This document shows, in pieces, positions 1 through 5,551 of a DNA stretch of 5,551 bases (its first letter is position 1; the number at the start of each line of letters is the position of its first letter). Source of the stretch: a virus (lineage: Duplodnaviria > Heunggongvirae > Uroviricota > Caudoviricetes); IMG/VR virus record IMGVR_UViG_2778261534_000003; one strand, given 5' to 3'. The position numbers were made by a program, and so were the translations under genes. The notes beneath the pieces were generated by a model that saw only the letters and a program-made list of their open reading frames with translations, was not told where the DNA came from and made no database searches.

Positions 1-26
1 TGACAAGATGTGTATCTACCTTAACT

Positions 27-50
27 TAATGATTTTGATAAAAATCATTA
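27..50. repeat. 10-bp perfect inverted repeat (taatgatttt / aaaatcatta) with 4-bp spacer gata, 23 bp upstream of the recombinase fragment
   Basis: Read directly: arms at 27-36 and 41-50 are exact reverse complements. Reverse complement of 31-41 is TTATCAAAATC, which resembles (from memory, unverified) the TTATCAAAAAC half-site of Hin/Gin-family crossover sites. Function unknown. Confidence 0.4.
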
Positions 51-72
51 GGGGATTCATCAGTGCTTAGCA

Positions 73-366
73 TTGGGTGGCATTGACCTGACCAGTCCAA
101 CAGGAAAAATGATGATGCAAGTAATTTCAGCAGTCGCTGAATTTGAACGAGACCTTTTACTTGAACGCACTCATTCCGGGATAGTAAGAGCCCGCGGCGC
201 AGGGAAACGTTTTGGTCGACCACCTGTGTTAAATGAAGAACAGAAACAGGTGGTATTCGAACGAATTAAGTCAGGTGTAAGTATAAGTGCCATTGCCCGG
301 GAATTCAAAACCTCGCGGCAAACCATTTTAAGAGCCAAAGCAAAACTTCAGACACCTGACATATAA
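73..366 (+). pseudogene. 5'-truncated serine recombinase (resolvase/invertase family) fragment: C-terminal ~97 codons only (E-helix plus helix-turn-helix DNA-binding domain)
   Basis: Translation ([35 protein letters not shown]...[21 protein letters not shown]) matches the C-terminal half of Tn3/gamma-delta resolvase and Hin/Gin/Pin-type recombinases. The N-terminal catalytic domain with the active-site serine is absent. In-frame stops at 1-3, 22-24 and 49-51, and the other two forward frames are also closed upstream. The ORF would have to start at TTG (73). Confidence 0.6.
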
Positions 367-387
367 AAAATAATCTCGGTGTGAGAT
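361..387 (-). terminator. Weak candidate intrinsic terminator downstream of the stf-tfa remnant: 5-bp stem atctc/gagat (373-377 / 383-387) followed on the minus strand by a T-rich run (complement of 361-372)
   Basis: Hairpin and U-tract read from sequence. The stem is short and AT-rich, so this is tentative; it could equally serve the convergent recombinase fragment poorly. Confidence 0.25.
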
Positions 388-463
388 GCTTTACGTCTTC
401 CAAGCCCCCTTCCTTGCCGTAAATGGAAAGATACATCTAATTATAGAATTTATATGTTTTACC

Positions 464-601
464 CTACGGCAGTGCTGGCCATTCAATATCCGGTACTACT
501 GATGTATTAACACGGTTCAGCAACACCCGATACTTTTTCCAGACTTCCAGCAACGAAGTTTCTTCCTCCGTTGCGATTTCCAGCTCAACAACAGTCTGAA
601 C
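464..601 (-). pseudogene. tfa: 3' remnant of a lambda-type tail fibre assembly gene (Tfa C-terminal ~45 codons), in the same frame as stf and immediately after its stop
   Basis: Minus-strand translation after the stf TGA (638-640) reads [57 protein letters not shown], stop at 464-466. [31 protein letters not shown] is the conserved C-terminus of lambda Tfa as I recall it. No start codon or N-terminal Tfa region is present. Confidence 0.65.
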
Positions 602-637
602 GTACCAGGAACAGCCTCCTTCAGGGCTTGAAGGATA

Positions 638-1075
638 TCAATGTTCGCTTCCTGTTAACTGCCCGACAAGTGCAACCAGTTCGCTTACCTGATTTTCCAG
701 AGTGCTGATCCGGGTGCCTGCTGTTGCCAGATTTTTACGTAGCGTTATGTTTTCCTCTTCCAGCGCGGTAACGCGACCATCTGTTTCACGGGCGACCTGA
801 ACAAGTAACCCCGTCACGGCGGCGTAGTCAACATTCAGATAACGTGTTTCTTCACGTAATTCATTGCCGTCAACCGTTGGTCCCTGCAACTCTTCACCGT
901 AATGAGTAAACGATCCTACAGCTTCTGGTATCGCCTCCATTACTTCCTGTGCAATAACGCCAGCATAAGGCATCCCGTTTTCCCTGAGCGTGTAGGTGTA
1001 TCCGTTCATTTTACGGATTGCTTTCGTCGCGTCGCTGATAACGAGAATATCGTCTTTAAGGTCGCGGTCTGATGA
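638..1075 (-). other. Stf C-terminal intramolecular chaperone / autoproteolytic domain (peptidase S74-like, 'chaperone of endosialidase'), residues ~1058-1202
   Basis: SSDRDLKDDI has the Ser-x4-Lys dyad spacing of S74 chaperones. Hallmark blocks GVIAQEVMEAIPEAV and YLNVDYAAVTGLLVQVARE are followed by a coiled-coil-like tail, and the domain ends at the protein C-terminus as in endosialidase and T5 L-shaped fibre proteins. Confidence 0.7.
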
Positions 1076-4000
1076 CTGATTCAGCGTTGTGCAATTAATA
1101 GCGCCATTTACATCAAACAACTGGCCTGCTGACGTTTTTTGCGCATAAAACAGATACGCAGCAGACGTTCCAACCTCAAAAACGTTTTGTCGATCACTTG
1201 ATCCCCATACTTTTGCGGCAAATGATAGTTCTGTATTACCTAAGTTCTGTAAAACAAAACGATTGCCAGTCCCTGTTTGTTTTGTAAGAGTTAAATCAAC
1301 AGTTGAGTTAACCTCATCCTTGTTGATAGTGAGCGCCTGCGCTTTAGCCCCGTTAACAGCACCTGTTTTGAGTTGAACCGCGCCGTCATTACCATTTAAC
1401 AGTATCTCAGCTCCGCTAAAGAAATTTTTTAGCGACAGCATCTTACTTACGCCGACTGATGAACCCAACGCCCACGCGAGAGAATTACCGGTGCTATCAA
1501 ACCCACGTACAAAGCAATCCATTTTGCTATAGTCTGACGTGCTTCCAAGGACATCAATCCGCCCTCCGCCAGATTTTACCGGGTTAGATGTGGTTAATGA
1601 CCTGACAGCAAGATCGGTAGATGAATTGAGATCGTCTACTGTTAATAGTCGTTTCCATCCCTTATCAACCCCAGCCTCAAAGCTTCTTGCCCAAAATTTG
1701 GAGTTGCGACCGGCGAATTGTGTGACGTAATTACCGCTAAATTGAGCATGGAATCCGCCAACAACCATTGTTCCGTCAGGACCGCCTGCGCTCCCTGCTA
1801 TTGGCTTAAACTTATTTACATTCTCTGTATGTTGAGTGCTCCAGTTTTGCCCTGTGTGAACAACCAATCCCTGATAAGAACTGAAGGTACCATCAAGGTT
1901 AAAATTAAAGAACTTACTGTTCCCTGAATTATTTATGTCCCTGACAACAATTTCACCAGAAGCGTTAGCGGCCCTTAGTTCAGTTTGATCGACAACCGGA
2001 CCTCCTTCGGATTGTAATCTTTGAGAAACAAATGTTCTGTTTGAAGCGTCCGTACCGTACGCGGTGAAAGATTGTGTTGCTTTAATCTGACCATTGTTTA
2101 CAAATATAGGAATAGTGACGGTAAAATTTTTGTCAAAACTCAGGCCATTTGTTAATGCAATCCTTTCTGACACCCCTTGTCTGAACGGAAGGTTGCTGTA
2201 GAAGCCATGTTCACCGCCAGTGAAGTCAAGAACATTTTTAACAAAGTTCTTGTCGTTATCCTCCGTTGACGTTGATACACCAAACTTATATCTAACCCCG
2301 TTGTCACCAATTACGTAGTCTTCTGTTGGAACCTTAACTTTTGCCTTGTAGCCAGTTTGCACAACGACAGGAAAAGCGCTTTTATGGATGTAGAAAGCTA
2401 CATGCTGCGCATAATCTCTTTGCGACGCTTTAATGCAAAGTATCCCGAGTTCATTTTTTTCATAGCAAACAAATGACCCGTAAGCCACATCGCGAACGTC
2501 ACTCCAGCCACCACATCGAATGAACCCAAAAAATGAGTTACTATTAAGCGGATTTGATGCCGGACCTCCTGCTGTTTTTATTTCAACAGGACATAACATG
2601 GCACCGCTCCCATTCATTGCGGATGTGTCTATTATGACAGGGTAGTATTTGCCATCCACTGCACCACCAGGGGCATTAAGGGTCATTGCTTTTGTTAATC
2701 CACCCTCAGGGATTTGCAAATTAGTTTTGGCGTCATCAAGGCTATTTGCGCCAGTGCCACCATGAGAAACATCAAGTGGTATCCATTTTTTTTGTGTGTC
2801 GCTGTAACACCCCCATGTTGATCCGGTTAACCCCAGGCGCATGGATTTATCATGGTTATATAACCATGTTTCGCTATTCCATTGGTCAAGACGGTCCACT
2901 TCATTTTTGCGAGCGTGGCGTGTCCATTGCGGGCCTGTTGTCGGACTCCAGCGATAGGTATAAAGCGAGCGAGTAGTCCATCCCTGAAATACACCTGTAT
3001 ACGCTGGAGTTCCATCTACCTGACTAATAAACCCCGTAAGACTGCTTTCACCGGATGCAATAGACGGGAAACCTGTTGCATCAGCCATGATGCGCATAAA
3101 GCCAATATAACCTGATGGATTTCCTGAGATGTCAGAGCAACCACGCGGTGATGATCCCAAACCGATGTTAGTACCAACAATACCCTGGGCCTGGTTGCGA
3201 TAATTAAGTGCGTCCGCCGCAGATTTCGCCGCGTTTGTTTCACTGGATTTAGCATTAGTTTCGCTGGCTTTAGCGTTGGTTTCGCTGCTCTTTGCTGCTG
3301 CCTCGCTATTTTTCGCGTTGGTTTCTGATTTTTTGGCTGCTGTCGCGGAGTTTGCCGATGCAGTTTGTGAGTCTGCTGCCGCCTGTGCGCTGTTATCCGC
3401 ATTCGTCTCAGACGTTTTTGCGGCCTTCGCGGAATTTCCTGCCGCCGTTGCCGAGGAAGCGGCACTGCTGGCGCTCGAGGCAGCGCTCGTTTCTGATGAT
3501 TTTGCCGCCTCTTTTGAAGCCGACGCATCCCGGGCTGAGGTGGCAGCTTCTGACGCTTTCGTGGTCGCGGTGGATGCAGAAGTGGCTGCTGATTGTTGTG
3601 ATGCTGCAGCATTCGTTTCTGACGTTTTCGCCGCACCGGCACTGGTGGCTGCCGCGCTTTTTGAGGACTCTGCTGCGGCAGCACTTTTTAATGCTTCAGT
3701 GGCCTTTGTTGATGCCGTTCCTGCGCTGGAAGACGCTGACTGAGCCGACGACGCGGCCTGTCCGGCTGACGTGCTGGCTGCGCGTGCTGAGCCTGCAGCA
3801 TCAGTCGCATGGGTTGCCGCCTCACGGGCTGATGTGCTGGCATCGCCGGCTGACTTCTTCGCGGCTGCCGTGTCCTGTGCCACTGCGGACGCGTTACGCG
3901 CCACCTCTTCCACCATCAGTTCAAAACGGCGCAGTGCCTCCGGACGGGCATCATCCTCCGTCATGGCACCGAGAAAATCATTCAGCGTACCCGGTTGAGA

Positions 4001-4240
4001 ATCTTCATACACGGTGATGGTCCCGGCATGTGACGGCGGGAATCCCTCCACCAACAGAATAACGCTGTACTGGCCGTGCTCAACGTCCATGCTGTAACGC
4101 CCTGCTTCATCCGGATTTTCAGATGCCACCGTGTTCACCACCACCGTGGTGCTGTTACGTTTTGCTTTCAGCTGGATTGTGCAGTTCTGTACCGGTTTAC
4201 CTGCACCGTCTTTCAGTACACCTGAAATCTTTACTGCCAT
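638..4240 (-). CDS. stf: Side tail fibre protein (lambda Stf family N-terminus, Ala/Ser/Thr-rich shaft, divergent distal domain, C-terminal intramolecular chaperone)
   Basis: 1200-codon ORF. The N-terminus MAVKISGVLKDGAGKPVQNCTIQLKAKRNSTTVVVN... closely matches lambda Stf. ATG at 4240-4238 gives the lambda-like MAVKISG start; the ORF track's start at 4246 is a GTG two codons upstream. Possible Shine-Dalgarno GGGGTG just upstream. Contains a PLDVSHGGTGANSLDDAKTNL motif typical of phage fibre proteins. C-terminal 145 residues are an S74-type chaperone domain. Confidence 0.9.
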   Translation of the reverse strand: MAVKISGVLKDGAGKPVQNCTIQLKAKRNSTTVVVNTVASENPDEAGRYSMDVEHGQYSVILLVEGFPPSHAGTITVYEDSQPGTLNDFLGAMTEDDARPEALRRFELMVEEVARNASAVAQDTAAAKKSAGDASTSAREAATHATDAAGSARAASTSAGQAASSAQSASSSAGTASTKATEALKSAAAAESSKSAAATSAGAAKTSETNAAASQQSAATSASTATTKASEAATSARDASASKEAAKSSETSAASSASSAASSATAAGNSAKAAKTSETNADNSAQAAADSQTASANSATAAKKSETNAKNSEAAAKSSETNAKASETNAKSSETNAAKSAADALNYRNQAQGIVGTNIGLGSSPRGCSDISGNPSGYIGFMRIMADATGFPSIASGESSLTGFISQVDGTPAYTGVFQGWTTRSLYTYRWSPTTGPQWTRHARKNEVDRLDQWNSETWLYNHDKSMRLGLTGSTWGCYSDTQKKWIPLDVSHGGTGANSLDDAKTNLQIPEGGLTKAMTLNAPGGAVDGKYYPVIIDTSAMNGSGAMLCPVEIKTAGGPASNPLNSNSFFGFIRCGGWSDVRDVAYGSFVCYEKNELGILCIKASQRDYAQHVAFYIHKSAFPVVVQTGYKAKVKVPTEDYVIGDNGVRYKFGVSTSTEDNDKNFVKNVLDFTGGEHGFYSNLPFRQGVSERIALTNGLSFDKNFTVTIPIFVNNGQIKATQSFTAYGTDASNRTFVSQRLQSEGGPVVDQTELRAANASGEIVVRDINNSGNSKFFNFNLDGTFSSYQGLVVHTGQNWSTQHTENVNKFKPIAGSAGGPDGTMVVGGFHAQFSGNYVTQFAGRNSKFWARSFEAGVDKGWKRLLTVDDLNSSTDLAVRSLTTSNPVKSGGGRIDVLGSTSDYSKMDCFVRGFDSTGNSLAWALGSSVGVSKMLSLKNFFSGAEILLNGNDGAVQLKTGAVNGAKAQALTINKDEVNSTVDLTLTKQTGTGNRFVLQNLGNTELSFAAKVWGSSDRQNVFEVGTSAAYLFYAQKTSAGQLFDVNGAINCTTLNQSSDRDLKDDILVISDATKAIRKMNGYTYTLRENGMPYAGVIAQEVMEAIPEAVGSFTHYGEELQGPTVDGNELREETRYLNVDYAAVTGLLVQVARETDGRVTALEEENITLRKNLATAGTRISTLENQVSELVALVGQLTGSEH
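3212..3904 (-). repeat. Low-complexity Ala/Ser/Thr-rich coding repeat region of the Stf shaft (residues ~115-345), including degenerate tandem ~21-nt units encoding K(S/T)SETNA heptads (clearest at 3224-3340)
   Basis: Protein shows AAKTSETNA, AAKKSETNAKNSEAAAKSSETNAKASETNAKSSETNAAKSA. DNA shows reiterated tttagcgttggtttcgctg-like units at 3241-3330. The region is GC-rich and open in several frames. Confidence 0.6.
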
Positions 4241-4249
4241 ATTCACCCC

Positions 4250-4278
4250 ACAAAAAAGCCCGCCTGAACCAGCGGGCT
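4250..4278 (-). terminator. Intrinsic (rho-independent) terminator downstream of lom: 7-bp GC-rich stem (4257-4263 / 4272-4278), 8-nt loop, then a run of six T on the minus strand
   Basis: agcccgc / gcgggct are exact reverse complements. On the minus strand the hairpin is followed by TTTTTTGTG (complement of 4249-4257). It lies about 27 nt after the lom stop and about 10 nt before the stf ATG. Confidence 0.65.
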
Positions 4279-4304
4279 GTCATAACACTGTGTTACCTGG
4301 CTAA

Positions 4305-4904
4305 TCAGAACTTATAACCAACACCCACGATGAACCCGTCAGTGCGCCAGTCGCCACTGCCGGAGCCTTCATAAGCGACATCAATGGCCACCGATTCGGT
4401 CGGGTTAAACTGCACGCCAGCTCCCCACGCCAGAGACGTGTTGCTGTGGTGACCGTCATCACTTCCGGTCAGCACATCATGCGTTTTCCCCTTGTTGTCA
4501 GTTACGCGGAGATAATCCCCGGAGAAAGTCGACACACGGCTGTAAGCCACACCCGCCATCGCATACGCGCTGAACCATTCATTCACGCGCACAGACGGTC
4601 CCGCCATCACGCTGAACCAGCGGTTACGCACGGAATCCTCATGCCAGCGGGTATCGCTGTAATGCGTTTTTTGCTCATCTTCAGCGTTGGCATAACTGAA
4701 TGACGTAATCAGCCCCAGCGTGTCCGTAAACTCATAACGGTATTTCACGTTAATCCCGTTCAGATTATCGCTGCCGGGAGCGTTCGTACGGGCATGAAGA
4801 TACCCTGCGCTCAGTGTGGCCTGCTGCTCAGACGCCCATGCAGGCGCACCGGATACGGCCAGACAGATGGCTGCGGACAAAATGGCTGCATAAACTTTAC
4901 GCAT
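4305..4904 (-). CDS. lom: Lom outer membrane protein (Ail/Lom/OmpX family beta-barrel; lambda lysogenic-conversion 'moron' gene)
   Basis: 199-aa product MRKVYAAILSAAICLAVSGAPAWASE...GINVKYRYEFTDTLG...WRTDGFIVGVGYKF is near-identical in pattern to lambda Lom as I recall it. Has a signal peptide with an AWA-S cleavage motif and a C-terminal aromatic residue typical of outer-membrane barrels. Shine-Dalgarno GAGAGG at 4910-4915, 5 nt upstream of ATG (4902-4904). Confidence 0.92.
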   Translation of the reverse strand: MRKVYAAILSAAICLAVSGAPAWASEQQATLSAGYLHARTNAPGSDNLNGINVKYRYEFTDTLGLITSFSYANAEDEQKTHYSDTRWHEDSVRNRWFSVMAGPSVRVNEWFSAYAMAGVAYSRVSTFSGDYLRVTDNKGKTHDVLTGSDDGHHSNTSLAWGAGVQFNPTESVAIDVAYEGSGSGDWRTDGFIVGVGYKF

Positions 4905-4925
4905 AATTACCTCTCGCTTTTCTGC

Positions 4926-4952
4926 AATAAAAAAGGCGCCATTTCTGGCGCC
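4926..4952 (-). terminator. Intrinsic terminator between J and lom: palindromic stem GGCGCC (4935-4940 / 4947-4952), 6-nt loop, then TTTTTTATT on the minus strand
   Basis: Read directly: ggcgcc atttct ggcgcc, with the A-run at 4929-4934 on the plus strand giving a U-tract on the minus transcript. Begins about 20 nt after the J stop. Confidence 0.65.
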
Positions 4953-4971
4953 CGTATTGGGGTTATAAAAT

Positions 4972-5551
4972 TCAGCTGATACTGATGCCTGCGGTGGCTT
5001 TCTTCATCACCACAACCAGCAAATCGCTGATACTTGCTGTGGGATACCAGTCATTTACCAGCCATGCTGACACCGAAAACTCCAGCGTCATGTGGCCGCG
5101 ACCAGCTGGCATATCAATAACACCACTGTAAATCAGCGTATTATCCAGCGCGGTATGGTTATAAATTTCAGCACCGTTTTTCCGTACTATCAGGCGGCAT
5201 GAGGAGTAGATATCAGTATGATCTTGCTCATGTTTAGCGCCACTGAATGCCACCGCCGGGATAACAATTTGCCGGTCAAACGGCTGATCGTCATAAACCC
5301 TGACGGTAATGGTCCCTGATGGCCACCGCTCCGGTGCACGGGAGTCCCGGGGGAAAGCCTTACCCACTGTTTTGACAATATCACCTTCAATCTGGTTGGC
5401 TGACAGTTTCCCCTTAATCTGACAGTTCTCATTAATCGTGACATTGTTGAGCGTCCCGGCGTTCGCATTCACACTGCCACTGATATCTGCATTTTTAGCG
5501 GTCAGCTTTCCGTCTGATGTCAGGGAAAATACCGGAGGACTGCCACCGCTG
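4972..5551 (-). CDS. J: Host specificity / central tail fibre protein J, C-terminal (receptor-binding) portion; 5' end lies beyond the window
   Basis: The frame stays open from the window edge to the stop at 4972-4974. My translation of 5473-5550 continues [27 protein letters not shown] into [16 protein letters not shown]..., matching the lambda J C-terminal region as I recall it. The listed 166-aa ORF merely starts at an internal GTG. The extreme C-terminus differs from lambda J. Confidence 0.85.
   Translation of the reverse strand, partial: SGGSPPVFSLTSDGKLTAKNADISGSVNANAGTLNNVTINENCQIKGKLSANQIEGDIVKTVGKAFPRDSRAPERWPSGTITVRVYDDQPFDRQIVIPAVAFSGAKHEQDHTDIYSSCRLIVRKNGAEIYNHTALDNTLIYSGVIDMPAGRGHMTLEFSVSAWLVNDWYPTASISDLLVVVMKKATAGISIS

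Noticed and set aside
16-41. Intact 26-bp hix/gix-type recombination site centred on 28-29
   Set aside because: Only the right half (30-41) resembles the invertase half-site consensus. The left half (16-27) matches about 5 of 12 positions, so at most a half-site or relic is present.
26-223. 65-aa minus-strand ORF overlapping the recombinase fragment
   Set aside because: It is antisense to a region with clear resolvase-family coding signal, and nothing in its sequence is recognisable.
638-649. The stf C-terminus ends in SEH and lambda Tfa contains SEH shortly before its LEIAT block, hinting the junction might lie inside that tripeptide
   Set aside because: The spacing to LEIAT differs (about 17 versus 9 residues), and a three-residue match is not significant, so this is probably coincidence. 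The true breakpoint needs nucleotide alignment.
1539-3115. Small ORFs overlapping stf in other frames or on the plus strand (1539-1730, 1718-1927, 2746-2976, 2827-3015, 2882-3115)
   Set aside because: All are embedded in the well-supported stf CDS and are 62-77 aa with no recognisable motifs or ribosome-binding sites, so they look like frame shadows.
3224-3340. Tandem repeats considered as a possible CRISPR array
   Set aside because: The units are ~21 nt, degenerate, contiguous with no unique spacers, and lie in-frame inside a coding sequence. This is a protein-coding repeat, not a CRISPR array.
3016-4017. Long ORFs in other frames across the stf repeat region (3016-3684 minus, 222 aa; 3276-3743 plus, 155 aa; 3292-4017 plus, 241 aa; 3771-3998 plus, 75 aa)
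   Set aside because: They lie entirely within the GC-rich low-complexity Ala/Ser/Thr-coding repeats of stf, where stop codons are rare in every frame. Their products are Arg/Pro/Gln-rich or Ala/Leu-rich low-complexity strings with no start context. The stf frame is strongly supported by similarity to lambda Stf.
4241-4246. GTG at 4246-4244 as the stf start (ORF track gives MNMAVK...)
   Set aside because: ATG at 4240-4238 gives the lambda Stf N-terminus MAVKISG, with better spacing to the upstream G-rich Shine-Dalgarno. The GTG extension would begin inside the terminator U-tract region.
4123-4979. Plus-strand ORFs 4123-4317, 4446-4703 and 4794-4979, antisense to or overlapping stf start, lom and the J-lom intergenic region
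   Set aside because: They cross two terminator hairpins and are antisense to the strongly supported lom. Their products are Cys/Pro/His-rich and show no family resemblance.
5190-5468. 92-aa minus-strand ORF in an alternative frame inside J
   Set aside because: The J frame is supported by similarity and runs open to the window edge; this is an overlapping frame artefact.

Overview
This window is the distal end of a lambdoid (phage lambda-like) prophage late/tail operon, most likely from Escherichia coli or a close enteric relative, with the tail genes all on the minus strand. Reading in the direction of transcription (high to low coordinates): the 3' end of the host-specificity gene J (running off the window edge), an intrinsic terminator, the lom outer-membrane-protein gene with its own ribosome-binding site, a second intrinsic terminator, and a 1200-codon side tail fibre gene (stf). 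The stf gene is mosaic: a GC-rich lambda-Stf-like 5' third with an Ala/Ser/Thr repeat shaft, then an AT-richer distal part ending in an endosialidase-type C-terminal intramolecular chaperone (peptidase S74-like) domain. Directly after the stf stop codon, in the same frame, lie the last ~45 codons of a lambda-type tail fibre assembly gene (tfa), with no intact tfa present. Converging from the plus strand is a 5'-truncated serine recombinase (resolvase/invertase) fragment preceded by a 10-bp perfect inverted repeat. I see no convincing evidence of an entirely new system; the most interesting signal is the fibre-module replacement scar (stf with self-chaperone, tfa remnant, decayed recombinase). 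All protein-family assignments come from reading the translations against remembered family sequences, not from a database search.
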